Shown: positions 1-8,530 of the stretch, piece by piece
How the letters are laid out: every line of letters begins with the position of its first letter
Position numbering within the stretch: the stretch's first letter is position 1
Assembly: GCA_033551855.1 (NCBI GenBank)
Contig: JAWSUI010000071.1
Location: forward strand, 1-17,675
Direction of reading: 5' to 3'
Length of the DNA stretch: 17,675 nt
DNA from: Deferrisomatales bacterium
GTDB lineage: Bacteria > Desulfobacterota > Deferrisomatia > Deferrisomatales > JACRMM01
Notes under the pieces: model-generated
The model's input: the letters and a program-made list of their open reading frames with translations, nothing else
What the model was told of the DNA's origin: nothing
The model's database searches: none
Made by a program: the position numbers and the translations under genes

Positions 1-1285
1 AGTGATATGGTTCATTTTCACCGACTACCCGGGCCCGCACGAAGGAGCCGATCTCGACCACGTCGTCCCCGCACCCGCGGAGCAAGGTGATCCCGTCCAC
101 CTCGGGGGCCTGGCCGTAGGTGCGGCCCACCACCCGCCCCTCCTCGTCCACCCCCTCGACGAGGACCTCGAGCTCGCGGTCCAGGAGCTCGCGGTTGCGG
201 GCGGCGCTCACCTCGGCCTGCAGCTCCAACAACCGGTCCAGTCGCTCCCGGACGACCCGCTTCGGCACCCGGGGCCGCAGCCGCTCGGCCGGCGTGCCCT
301 CTTCCGGGGAGTAGGCGAAGGCGCCCAGGTGGTGGAACCGTACCCGGCCGACGAAGTCGGTGAGGGCTTGGAACTCGGCATCCGTCTCGCCCGGGAAGCC
401 CACGATCGCCGTGGTTCGCAGGACCAGGCCGGGCACCCTCTCCAAGAGCCCCAGGAGCGCTTCCTCCACCTCTGCCGCGGTCGTGCGCCGCCCCATCGCC
501 CGCAGGACCCGGGGGTGGATGTGCTGGATGGGCAGGTCCAGGTAGGGGACGAGCTTTCCGCCGGCGCGGAGCCGGTCCTCGATGCCCGAGGGCAGGGGGC
601 CGGGGTAGCCGTAGAGGAGGCGGAGCCAGCGCAGCCCTTCCACCCCCTCCAGGGCATCGAGCAGGCCCGCGAGGGCCGATGGGTCGCCCCGGTCCCGGCC
701 GTAGGAGGTCACGTCCTGGGCCACGAGGTTGAGCTCCACGACCCCCTGCTCGGCCAGAACCCGCGCCTCGGCCACCAGGGGCGCCTGGGAGAGGGAGCGG
801 AAGTCCCCCCGGATGGACGGGATCGTGCAGTAGGTGCACCGGTTCGAGCAGCCCTCGGCCACCTTGAGGTACGCGCTGTGGGGAAGCTGGGTGAGGACCC
901 GCGGCGGCGCCTCCTCTTCCCCCTGGGGGGCGGGGGCGCCCCCCAGGAGCCCGGGGATCCGCGGCAGGTCGTCGGGGGTGAAGAAGTGGTCCACCTCGGG
1001 GAGCTCCCGGGCGAGCTCCGGGTAGCGCTTGGGCAGGCACCCGGCCACCACCAGGACGCGGCACGCGCCGGTCTCCTTGAGGCGGGCCGCCTCGAGGATC
1101 TCCTCGATGGACTCCTCGACCGCCTCCCGGAGAAACCCGCAGGTGTTCACCACCACGACCTCGGCCCCGGCGGGGTCCTCCACGAGGGTGAAGCCACGGG
1201 CCAGGAGCCCCCCCAGGAGGTGCTCCGCGTCCACCCGGTTCTTGGCGCACCCGAGGCTGACGAGCCCGACGGACCGTCGGCTCAC
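1..1285 (-). CDS. rimO: Ribosomal protein S12 methylthiotransferase RimO (3' end runs off the window or is interrupted)
   Basis: Not in the ORF track because no stop lies in the window; translated by hand. GTG at 1285 overlaps the lolA stop (GTGA). Reads MSRRSVGLVSLGCAKNRVDAE, NTCGF, radical-SAM motif AEGCSNRCTYC, and QAPEVDG leading into a TRAM domain. Confidence 0.93.
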   Translation of the reverse strand, partial: MSRRSVGLVSLGCAKNRVDAEHLLGGLLARGFTLVEDPAGAEVVVVNTCGFLREAVEESIEEILEAARLKETGACRVLVVAGCLPKRYPELARELPEVDHFFTPDDLPRIPGLLGGAPAPQGEEEAPPRVLTQLPHSAYLKVAEGCSNRCTYCTIPSIRGDFRSLSQAPLVAEARVLAEQGVVELNLVAQDVTSYGRDRGDPSALAGLLDALEGVEGLRWLRLLYGYPGPLPSGIEDRLRAGGKLVPYLDLPIQHIHPRVLRAMGRRTTAAEVEEALLGLLERVPGLVLRTTAIVGFPGETDAEFQALTDFVGRVRFHHLGAFAYSPEEGTPAERLRPRVPKRVVRERLDRLLELQAEVSAARNRELLDRELEVLVEGVDEEGRVVGRTYGQAPEVDGITLLRGCGDDVVEIGSFVRARVVGENEPYH

Positions 1286-1959
1286 GGCCCCCCCGGCATG
1301 TCCAGCACCTGGGCGCCCTCGGGCGGGCGAAAGGCGAAGTGCTCGTCCCCGAGGCCCGTGTTGCGCCGCACATCGAAGAACTCCACCCGCGTGCGGTTGC
1401 CCAGGGGGTCCTCGGTCGTGACCGCCCGCACCTCTCCCCCCCCGGGGGCCGCCTCCACCAGCACCCGGCTGAGATCCGGCCGCGCGTCCCGGGGGGTGAG
1501 CGCCAGGCACAGCTCCCCGCAGGAGGCTGCATCGAAGTGCCCCTCCACGCCCTGGAACCCGGAGAGGAGGTCCAGGGCGAGCCGGCTCGCCTCGGGAACC
1601 GCCGCCAGCTCCTGGCGGAGCACCGTGCGGTCGCGCACCTGGTGGACCCACAGGGTCCGGCCGTCGCTCACGATCTCCTGGGGGTCGTCCCCCTCGTAGG
1701 TCCAGCGCATCATCCCGCCCTTCTTGAGGGCCACCCGCCCCTGGGCCTCCCGCTCCAGGCCGGCCGCAACCAGGTAGGCGGTCTGGACGAAGCGCGCGGT
1801 CAGGTCCGCCGTTTCCTCGTAGGCCCGGCGCAAGCCCTCCAGCACGGCCTCGGGCTCGGCCGCCCGGACTCCGGGCGCGGCCAGGAGGAGCGCGAGCACC
1901 CCCGCGCACAGAAGCCGTCCGACGTTGCTCTTGTTTTTGTTCTTATGCTCTTTTTGCAC
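1282..1959 (-). CDS. lolA: Outer-membrane lipoprotein carrier protein LolA
   Basis: Signal-like hydrophobic N-terminus; motifs TARFVQ, KKGGMMRWTY, IVSDGRTLW, FAFRPPEGAQV; canonical position downstream of ftsK. Start codon approximate. Confidence 0.88.
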   Translation of the reverse strand: MQKEHKNKNKSNVGRLLCAGVLALLLAAPGVRAAEPEAVLEGLRRAYEETADLTARFVQTAYLVAAGLEREAQGRVALKKGGMMRWTYEGDDPQEIVSDGRTLWVHQVRDRTVLRQELAAVPEASRLALDLLSGFQGVEGHFDAASCGELCLALTPRDARPDLSRVLVEAAPGGGEVRAVTTEDPLGNRTRVEFFDVRRNTGLGDEHFAFRPPEGAQVLDMPGGP

Positions 1960-1979
1960 GTTTCACCCTTTGTGGCGGC

Positions 1980-2015
1980 AGGGACGCAAGGGACCCAAAG
2001 GACGTAGGGGACGAG
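1980..2015 (+). repeat. Imperfect 9-bp tandem repeat x4
   Basis: agggacgca-agggaccca-aaggacgta-ggggacgag, with GGAC at a 9-nt period, in the ftsK-lolA spacer. Confidence 0.6.
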
Positions 2016-2070
2016 CCCGGTGCGCTGCGCCTTTGCCGATCGTCACCGTGGGCTGTTGCCGCTTCCCGCT

Positions 2071-4302
2071 TCACAGCTTTCCCACCAGCACTTCCCGGGG
2101 CTTGGCGCCGCGGGAGGGGCCCACCACCCCTTCGCGCTCCATGCGCTCGACCATCCGGGCCGCCCGGTTGTACCCGATCTTGAGCCGCCGCTGGATCATG
2201 GAGATGGAGGCCTGCCGGGTCTCGGCCACGAGGCGCACGGCCTGGTCGTAGTACTCGTCGAACTCCGGGTCGTTCTCGAACCCCTCGGGGTCGGGCTCCT
2301 CGAGGATGGCCTCGTTGTACTCGGGCTCCCCCTGGTCCCGCAGGTGCTTCACCAGGCGCCCGATCTCCTCCTCCGAGACGTAGGAGCCGTGCAGGCGCTC
2401 CAGCCGGCCGGTGCCCGGCGGGAGGAAGAGCATGTCCCCCCCCCCCAGCAGGGCCTCCGCGCCCATGGAGTCGAGGATGGTGCGGGAGTCCACCCGCGAG
2501 GCCACCTGGAAGGCGATCCGGGCCGGGAAGTTCGCCTTGATCATGCCGGTGATCACGTCCACGGAGGGCCGCTGGGTCGCGACGATGAGGTGGATCCCCG
2601 AGGCGCGGGCCATCTGGGCCAGCCGGGCGATGGACTCCTCCACGTCCTTGGAGGCCACCATCATCAGGTCCGCCAGCTCGTCGATGACCACCACGATGAA
2701 GGGCAGCCACTCCAGGTTCTCGTCCTCCGAGACCGTCCGGCCGGCCGTCTCCTTGAGCCGCTTCTCGATCTTCTTGTTGTAGGTGGCGAGGTTGCGCACC
2801 CCCTCCTCGGCCATGAGCCGGTAGCGGCGCTCCATCTCCTGCACCGCCCAGCGCAGGGTCACCGCCGCCTTCTTGGCCTCGGTCACCACCGGGAGCAGCA
2901 GGTGGGGGATGTCGTTGTAGACCGAGAGCTCGAGCATCTTGGGGTCGACGATGAGCAGCCGCACGTCTCTGGGGGTGGCCCGGTAGAGGAGGCTCGCCAG
3001 CATGGAGTGGACGGCCACGCTCTTCCCCGAGCCCGTGGCCCCGGCGATGAGGAGGTGGGGCATGCGGGCCAGATCGGTCACGTAGGGGTTGCCGGCGCTG
3101 TCCTTGCCCAGGGCCAGGGTCAGAGGGGACTTGGACTCCCGGTAGACGGGAGAGCTGAGGATGTCGCGGAGCACGACGGTCTCGCGCCGCGTGTTGGGGA
3201 TCTCGATCCCCACCGCGTCCTTGCCCGGGATGGGGGCGATGATCCGCACCGAGAGGGCCCGCAGGGCCAGGGCCAGGTCGTCCGCCAGGCTCACGATCCG
3301 GTTGATCTTGATCCCGTCGGCCGGCTTGAACTCGAAGAGGGTGATCACCGGCCCGGGCTGGATCTCGCTCACGCTGCCCTGGACCTGGAAGTCCTGGAGC
3401 TTCTTTTCCAGGGTGTTGGAGAGCATCCGCAGGCTCTCGCGATCCGGGCCCGAGCCCGTGGGGGGCGACGGGTCGAGGAGCTCGAGGGGGGGCAGCCGGT
3501 AGCCGTCGACCTCGTGGGCAAAGGGGAAGGCCTCCTGCACCGCCACCTTGGGCCGGTCCAAGATCTGGAGCCGCTTCTCTGCCACGACCACGGGGCGGTC
3601 GGGGACCGGCCCTCCCCCCTGGGCCGGCGCGGCGCGCCGGGCGCGGCGCTTGGCCCGCTGCTCCCGGCGCCGGATCCACTGCTCGCGCACCCCGCGGGCG
3701 ATCCCCAGGAAAACCAGACGCAGCCGCTCCCAGAAGGCGTACAGGGAGAAGTTCACCGTGAACATCAGGGACGCGAGAAACCCGGCCCCCAGGAGGAGGC
3801 CCGCCCCGGGCCGGTTGAAGTACCGGGTCAGACCCCGGGCGAGGAGCTCGCCGGCCCCTCCGCCGGCGGAGAGCGTGAGCCGATCGATCGCCACGGTGCC
3901 GGCGAACAGACTCAGGAGGCCCGCGGCGGTGAGCACCAGGGAGGTGTAGCCGAGGGCCACCCAGCCGGGGTAGGCGACCGGCCGTAGCAGCGCGAAGCGC
4001 ACCGCGTAGACGCCCAGGGCCAGGGGGACCAGGAAGGACGCGTAGCCGAGGGACTGGTACAGGAGGTCCGCCGCGTAGGCACCGGCCACTCCCCCGAGGT
4101 TGCGGGGCGCACCCGCCCCGCCGGAGGTGTTGAAGGAGGGGTCCGCCGTGGCGTAGGACAGGAGGGCCAGCAGCAGGAACGCGCAGCCGATGCCGAGGAG
4201 CAGCCCCGCCAGCTCCCCCCGCACCTGCCGCCCCAGCCGCGCCTTCCACCCGGGGGTCTCCCCCCGGAGCCGCCGGGCCCCGTTCTCTCCCTTGCGCGCC
4301 AT
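2071..4302 (-). CDS. ftsK: DNA translocase FtsK
   Basis: N-terminal transmembrane domain; Walker [40 protein letters not shown]-terminal gamma domain [18 protein letters not shown]. Confidence 0.97.
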   Translation of the reverse strand: MARKGENGARRLRGETPGWKARLGRQVRGELAGLLLGIGCAFLLLALLSYATADPSFNTSGGAGAPRNLGGVAGAYAADLLYQSLGYASFLVPLALGVYAVRFALLRPVAYPGWVALGYTSLVLTAAGLLSLFAGTVAIDRLTLSAGGGAGELLARGLTRYFNRPGAGLLLGAGFLASLMFTVNFSLYAFWERLRLVFLGIARGVREQWIRRREQRAKRRARRAAPAQGGGPVPDRPVVVAEKRLQILDRPKVAVQEAFPFAHEVDGYRLPPLELLDPSPPTGSGPDRESLRMLSNTLEKKLQDFQVQGSVSEIQPGPVITLFEFKPADGIKINRIVSLADDLALALRALSVRIIAPIPGKDAVGIEIPNTRRETVVLRDILSSPVYRESKSPLTLALGKDSAGNPYVTDLARMPHLLIAGATGSGKSVAVHSMLASLLYRATPRDVRLLIVDPKMLELSVYNDIPHLLLPVVTEAKKAAVTLRWAVQEMERRYRLMAEEGVRNLATYNKKIEKRLKETAGRTVSEDENLEWLPFIVVVIDELADLMMVASKDVEESIARLAQMARASGIHLIVATQRPSVDVITGMIKANFPARIAFQVASRVDSRTILDSMGAEALLGGGDMLFLPPGTGRLERLHGSYVSEEEIGRLVKHLRDQGEPEYNEAILEEPDPEGFENDPEFDEYYDQAVRLVAETRQASISMIQRRLKIGYNRAARMVERMEREGVVGPSRGAKPREVLVGKL

Positions 4303-4305
4303 GGG

Positions 4306-5091
4306 TCAGGGCCCGAGCAGGAGATAGCCGGCCCCCAGGAGCCAGCAGTACACCGCAAACCACCGGAAGCGCCCCCTGCGGATGGCGCTCATCAGGAAGC
4401 GGAGCGCCCACAGGCCCGAGAGAAAGGCCGCCGCTGTCCCGGCCGCGTAGGCTGCGGGCCGGCCCGGTTCCACCGCTCCGAGCTCCGGCAGGTGGAGCAC
4501 CAGGGCCCCGAGGATCGCCGGCACCGAGAGGAGGAAGCTGAAGCGGGCGGAGTCCTCGCCCCGCACACCCAGGAGGGTTCCCGCGGCAATGGTGGAACCG
4601 GAGCGGCTGATCCCGGGCACGATGGCCAACCCCTGGACCGTGCCCACGGCGAGCGCGCGCCCGTACCCCACTCCTTCGATCCCAACCCTCGGACGGGCAA
4701 GCGCCTCCGAGACCCACAGGAGGGCGCCGGTGACCAGGAGCATCGCCGCGGCGGACCGCGGGGCGTGGAACAGGGCTTCGAGGGGGCCCTGGAACGCCAG
4801 GCCGATGAACGCCGTGGGCACCGTGGCCGCCGCCAGGAGCAGCGCCAGGCGGCGGCGCGCCGGGTCTCCCCCCGGCCGGAGGCTGCGCAGCACCTCCCAG
4901 AGGTCGCGCCGGAAGTACACCATCACGGCGAGCAGGGTACCCCCGTGCAACAGCACCTCGAAGAGGACCCCCGGGGGCCGAAACCTCGGCAGCAGGCTCT
5001 GGGCCAGGACCAGGTGACCGGAGGAGCTCACCGGAAGGAACTCCGTAAGCCCCTGCAACACACCGAGGAGAACGCTCTCGAGACCTCCCAT
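4306..5091 (-). CDS. uppP: Undecaprenyl-diphosphate phosphatase (BacA family)
   Basis: QGLTEFLPVSSSGHL, PGISRSGST and ARFSFLLSVP motifs. Start placed at ATG 5091, preceded by GAGG, giving 261 aa. Confidence 0.96.
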   Translation of the reverse strand: MGGLESVLLGVLQGLTEFLPVSSSGHLVLAQSLLPRFRPPGVLFEVLLHGGTLLAVMVYFRRDLWEVLRSLRPGGDPARRRLALLLAAATVPTAFIGLAFQGPLEALFHAPRSAAAMLLVTGALLWVSEALARPRVGIEGVGYGRALAVGTVQGLAIVPGISRSGSTIAAGTLLGVRGEDSARFSFLLSVPAILGALVLHLPELGAVEPGRPAAYAAGTAAAFLSGLWALRFLMSAIRRGRFRWFAVYCWLLGAGYLLLGP

Positions 5092-5127
5092 CGAACCTCG
5101 CGCAAGCGGACAGGGGACGAAACGCGT

Positions 5128-5157
5128 ACTGTACTGGGGGGGCGGCGGCGACGTCAA
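5128..5157 (-). promoter_or_regulatory. Putative sigma70 promoter for uppP-ftsK-lolA-rimO
   Basis: TTGACG (5157-5152) - 18 bp - TACAGT (5133-5128) on the minus strand. Confidence 0.6.
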
Positions 5158-5168
5158 CCGGCGAGAAA

Positions 5169-5207
5169 CCCCAGGATCCACCGCCTGACACGTGCTCGGA
5201 GCCGGGA
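5169..5207 (-). repeat. Dispersed repeat, 3' part (copy A)
   Basis: Reverse complement tcccggctccgagcacgtgtcaggcggtggatcctgggg aligns to 8479-8516 (tccccgaccccgagcacgtgccaggcggggattccagg) and to 7274-7311. Confidence 0.75.
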
Positions 5208-5219
5208 CGAAGGGGGCCT

Positions 5220-6923
5220 CTACTCGAATCCCCCCCGGGCAGGGCCGAGGCCGGTGACCAGGACCAGGGGCCGGGGGCCGCCCGACCGGCGGAAGTGGCG
5301 CTGGAGAGCCCGCCGGCAGGCGTCCTGCCCCTCGTCGAGGTCCCACCCGCGGCCGGCCCCAAACCCTCGGGCCGCCAGGTCCCGGCGCACTGCGTCCTCG
5401 GCTTCCCGGGCCGCCGCGTCGGCCCGCTCGGGGGAGACCACTCCCCGGAGCACCGCTCTCACCTCAGGCCGCTCCCTCCCGTGTCCGAGGACGACCACCG
5501 CGACGCCCCCCTCCCCCAGACGCCGGCGGTCCGCGAGCAGGGCCGCGCCCTCGGCGGCCTCCGCCCCCCGGTCGATCACCACGCGCCCCGCCGCGATCGT
5601 GGGGCCTCGCCGAACCCGCCCCCCCTGGAGCAGGAGACCCTCGCCGTTGCGGACGGGAAACGCCCTGTCCTGCTGCAGACCCAGCTCCCCGGCCAGCCGT
5701 GCCAGGGCATCCAGGTGCCGCAGCTCCCCGTGGACCGGGAGGAGGTGGCGGGGCCGCACCAGGCCGAGCATGTGGGCCAGGTCCCCCCGGGCCGGGTGGC
5801 CCGAGACCTGGACGCCCGAGCTCTCCCCGTCGTGGACCCGGGCCCCCGCGGCGAGGCACCGGTCCACCAACCGCCGAATCGGGACCTCCCGGCCGGGAAT
5901 CCGGCGCGCGCACAAGAAGACCGCGTCGCCGGCCTGGAGGCGGTGGCACGGCTCCAGGCCCCGGGCAACCCGCCACAGGGCACTGCCGGGCTCGGCCTGG
6001 CTGCCGCCGAGCACCACGGTGATACCCCTCCGGGGCAGGTCCGACGCCCGAGAAGCGGGCACCACGTCCCCCGGCGCGACCCGAAGGTGTCCCAGGTTCC
6101 GGGCCAGTCGGGCCCCCTGCACCGTGGAGCGCCCGAGAAACGCCACCCGGCGGCCGAGCTCGCGGCTGACCTCCACCACCTGCTGGATACGATGGGCGTT
6201 GCTGGCGAACAGGCTCACGTAGGCGCGCCCGGGCACCCCCGGGAGGAGCCCGCGCAGGGCCTGCCCCACCCGCGTCTCCGAGGGGGTCTGCCCCGGGACC
6301 AGGGAATTGGTGCTGTCGCAGCAGAGGAGATCCACCCCCTGCTCCCCGTGTTCGGCCAAGGCGGCCTCGTCCGTCCGACGCCCGTCGACGGGATGGGGGT
6401 CGAAGGTGAAGTCGCCGGTGTGGACGATCCTCCCGCCGGGGGTGTCCAGCGCGAGGGCGCAGGCGCCCGGCACCGAGTGGGTGACCGGCAGGAACCGCGC
6501 CCGGAAGGCCCCGGCCTCCGCTTCGCCGCCGGGGGCAACGGACCGCAGGAGACCGCGGGCGGAGGCGGACCTCTCGGCGAGGCGGGCCTCCAGGAGGCCC
6601 AGGGTCATCGGGGTGCCGAAGGCGGGAACCGGCGCCCGGTCCAGGAGGTGCCCCACGGCGCCCACGTGGTCCTCGTGGCCGTGGGTGAGGAACACGGCGC
6701 GGAGTTTTTCCCGGCGTTCCCAGACGAAACGGAGGTCCGGGATCAGGTAGTCGATCCCCGGGTGGTCCGGGGGGGGGAAGAGGAGACCGCAGTCGACCAG
6801 CAGCAGATCCCGCTCCGACTCCAGTGCCAGGACGTTGAGTCCCACCTCACCCAACCCGCCCAGGGGCACCACCGCGGTCCAACCGTCCGAAGGCGCCGGG
6901 CCCGTCGATCCCACGGCACCCAA
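5220..6923 (-). CDS. rnj: Ribonuclease J (beta-CASP metallo-beta-lactamase)
   Basis: PLGGLGEVGLN, THGHEDH, THSVP, HTGDF, DSTN, SGH and PVHGE motifs. Start is TTG 6923 or GTG 6914. Confidence 0.95.
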   Translation of the reverse strand: MGAVGSTGPAPSDGWTAVVPLGGLGEVGLNVLALESERDLLLVDCGLLFPPPDHPGIDYLIPDLRFVWERREKLRAVFLTHGHEDHVGAVGHLLDRAPVPAFGTPMTLGLLEARLAERSASARGLLRSVAPGGEAEAGAFRARFLPVTHSVPGACALALDTPGGRIVHTGDFTFDPHPVDGRRTDEAALAEHGEQGVDLLCCDSTNSLVPGQTPSETRVGQALRGLLPGVPGRAYVSLFASNAHRIQQVVEVSRELGRRVAFLGRSTVQGARLARNLGHLRVAPGDVVPASRASDLPRRGITVVLGGSQAEPGSALWRVARGLEPCHRLQAGDAVFLCARRIPGREVPIRRLVDRCLAAGARVHDGESSGVQVSGHPARGDLAHMLGLVRPRHLLPVHGELRHLDALARLAGELGLQQDRAFPVRNGEGLLLQGGRVRRGPTIAAGRVVIDRGAEAAEGAALLADRRRLGEGGVAVVVLGHGRERPEVRAVLRGVVSPERADAAAREAEDAVRRDLAARGFGAGRGWDLDEGQDACRRALQRHFRRSGGPRPLVLVTGLGPARGGFE

Positions 6924-6929
6924 CCCCCC

Positions 6930-7031
6930 TCAGGACCTCGCCGGCGCGCGGCCCAGGGTGGCGGCCGCCCCCGGGACGAGGGCCACCCCGACCAGGACGG
7001 CGGCGAAGGAGAGCGGGCGCAGGCGAACCAT
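6930..7031 (-). CDS. Small hydrophobic 33-aa peptide upstream of, and in frame with, rnj
   Basis: GGAGGAACC-ATG ribosome binding site; MVRLRPLSFAAVLVGVALVPGAAATLGRAPARS*; signal-peptide-like; GC3-rich codons. Confidence 0.5.
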   Translation of the reverse strand: MVRLRPLSFAAVLVGVALVPGAAATLGRAPARS

Positions 7032-7061
7032 GGTTCCTCCGGCTGGGGGCCGCACCCTTAT

Positions 7062-7080
7062 CCCCAGAATCCACCACCAG
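7062..7080 (-). repeat. Dispersed repeat, 3' tip (copy B), inverted and abutting copy C
   Basis: ccccagaatccaccaccag matches 5169-5187 ccccaggatccaccgcctg at 16/19. Confidence 0.5.
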
Positions 7081-7142
7081 ATTGCGGGGCGAAACGCAGG
7101 GGCTCCCGGACTTCGCTCGCGGACCAGCCAGCGGACCCAGGA
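7080..7142 (+). repeat. Dispersed ~62-bp repeat (copy C)
   Basis: 7088-7142 versus 7258-7312 is 50/55 identical at an exact 170-bp offset; 7080-7111 versus 8455-8486 is 28/32. Confidence 0.9.
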
Positions 7143-7154
7143 TAGGGTTTCCCC

Positions 7155-7183
7155 TTGCGCGGCGTCAATGCTTCCGCTATAAA
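7155..7183 (+). promoter_or_regulatory. Putative sigma70 promoter (upstream rplM P1 or a small-RNA promoter)
   Basis: TTGCGC (7155-7160) - 17 bp - TATAAA (7178-7183). Confidence 0.45.
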
Positions 7184-7219
7184 CGCGGTCCCCTACGCAG
7201 GGGGCCGGGGCTTCATTGC

Positions 7220-7261
7220 CGCCGCAACACGCCAACCGTCTCCGGTGGGCGTGTTGCGGCG
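7220..7261. repeat. Long inverted repeat / stem-loop
   Basis: cgccgcaacacgcc-a-accg-tctc-cggt-g-ggcgtgttgcggcg: a perfect 14-bp stem plus a 4-bp upper stem. Confidence 0.85.
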
Positions 7262-7312
7262 AATCGCAGGGGCTCCCGGACTTCGCTCGCCGACCAGCCG
7301 GTGGATCCAGGA
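7254..7312 (+). repeat. Dispersed ~60-bp repeat (copy D)
   Basis: Direct repeat of 7082-7142. Confidence 0.9.
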
Positions 7313-7325
7313 AGCCCGTTCTTCC

Positions 7326-7354
7326 TTGACAGGAGCAGGTCGGTCCCGTAGGAT
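7326..7354 (+). promoter_or_regulatory. sigma70 promoter of rplM-rpsI
   Basis: TTGACA (7326-7331) - 17 bp - TAGGAT (7349-7354); GGAGG ribosome binding site at 7383-7387. Confidence 0.85.
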
Positions 7355-7396
7355 TCCGCTTTTCGCGATTTCCAGAGCCGTGGGAGGCTGGCCGTC

Positions 7397-7831
7397 ATGA
7401 AGAGCTACATGGCCACCGCACAGACGATCGAGAAGGAATGGTTCGTGGTGGATGCCCAGGGTGCCACCCTGGGGCGCCTGGCTGCCCAGGTGGCATCGGT
7501 CCTCCGGGGCAAGCACAAGCCCACCTACACCCCCCACGTGGACGCGGGGGATTTCGTAGTGGTGGTCAATGCCGACAAGGTCCACCTGACGGGCCGCAAG
7601 ATGGACCAGAAGATGTACTACTGGTACACGGGCTACCCCGGGGGCATCAAGGGCCGGACGGCCCGGCAGATGCTCGAGCGCAAACCCGAGGAAGTGTTCC
7701 GGCGGGCGGTCAAGGGCATGCTTCCCAAGAACAACCTGGGCCGGAAGATGATGACCAAGCTCAAGATCTACGCGAGCCCCGAACACCCGCACCAGTCGCA
7801 GCAGCCCAAGCCGCTGGCCGTCCAGGAGTAG
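7397..7831 (+). CDS. rplM: 50S ribosomal protein L13
   Basis: [52 protein letters not shown]. Confidence 0.99.
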   Translation: MKSYMATAQTIEKEWFVVDAQGATLGRLAAQVASVLRGKHKPTYTPHVDAGDFVVVVNADKVHLTGRKMDQKMYYWYTGYPGGIKGRTARQMLERKPEEVFRRAVKGMLPKNNLGRKMMTKLKIYASPEHPHQSQQPKPLAVQE

Positions 7832-7841
7832 AGAGGAACCC

Positions 7842-8234
7842 ATGGCCCAGAGCATCCAGAGCCACGGCAAGAGAAAGACCGCCATCGCCCGCGTGACCGT
7901 GGTCCCCGGGGAGGGGAAGGTCGAGGTCAACGACGGGAAGAGCCTCGAGGTGTACTTCCCCCGGGAGGCCCACCGCCGCGCGGCCCTCAGCCCCCTGGTG
8001 CTGACCGAGCGCGCCGGGTCCTACGACGTGAAGGTGCGCGTCCGAGGCGGGGGCATCACCGGTCAGGCCGAGGCCGTCCGCCACGGCATCGCCCGGGCCC
8101 TGGTGGCCCTGGAAGAGGACCTGCGCCCGATCCTGAAGAAGGCCGGCTTCCTCACCCGCGACCCGCGCATCGTGGAGAGCAAGAAGTACGGGCACCACAA
8201 GGCCCGCCGCAGCCCGCAGTTCTCGAAGCGCTAG
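7842..8234 (+). CDS. rpsI: 30S ribosomal protein S9
   Basis: [47 protein letters not shown]. Confidence 0.99.
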   Translation: MAQSIQSHGKRKTAIARVTVVPGEGKVEVNDGKSLEVYFPREAHRRAALSPLVLTERAGSYDVKVRVRGGGITGQAEAVRHGIARALVALEEDLRPILKKAGFLTRDPRIVESKKYGHHKARRSPQFSKR

Positions 8235-8253
8235 ACGGCGTTTCATCGGACCG

Positions 8254-8288
8254 ACGAAGAGGGCCCCCGCGGGGGCCCTCTTCGTTTT
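8254..8288 (+). terminator. Rho-independent terminator after rpsI
   Basis: acgaagagggccccc-gc-gggggccctcttcgt inverted repeat followed by T residues. Confidence 0.85.
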
Positions 8289-8310
8289 CGTGCGGCCCCG
8301 AAGACCCACC

Positions 8311-8366
8311 CAACCCACCACCGCATCGTGGGGCGGGGTCCGGGAGCCTCGGAGAGCAGTCCCGCA
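8311..8366 (-). repeat. Dispersed repeat, degenerate inverted copy (copy E)
   Basis: 8334-8366 matches the reverse complement of 8458-8490 at 24/33. On the minus strand it reads tgcggg...ggctcccggaccccg..cacgatgcggtggtgggtt. Confidence 0.6.
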
Positions 8367-8454
8367 CCGCATCGACTGACCCGCCGCATCCGGGGCGAAC
8401 GGGTGATGCCCGGTTCACAGGGGCCTGCGGGGATGCCCCCGTCGAATCGCCGCG

Positions 8455-8517
8455 GATTGCGGGGCGGAGCGGAGGGGCTCCCCGACCCCGAGCACGTGCC
8501 AGGCGGGGATTCCAGGT
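8455..8517 (+). repeat. Dispersed ~62-bp repeat (copy F)
   Basis: gattgcggggcggagcggaggggctccccgaccccgagcacgtgccaggcggggattccagg aligns without gaps to 7080-7141. Confidence 0.82.
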
Positions 8518-8530
8518 CCCGCGGGGGCCT

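Noticed and set aside
7080..7312. Direct repeats with a spacer read as a CRISPR array
   Set aside because: Only two tandem copies, about 60-bp units with a ~110-bp spacer, dispersed copies in both orientations, and no cas genes.
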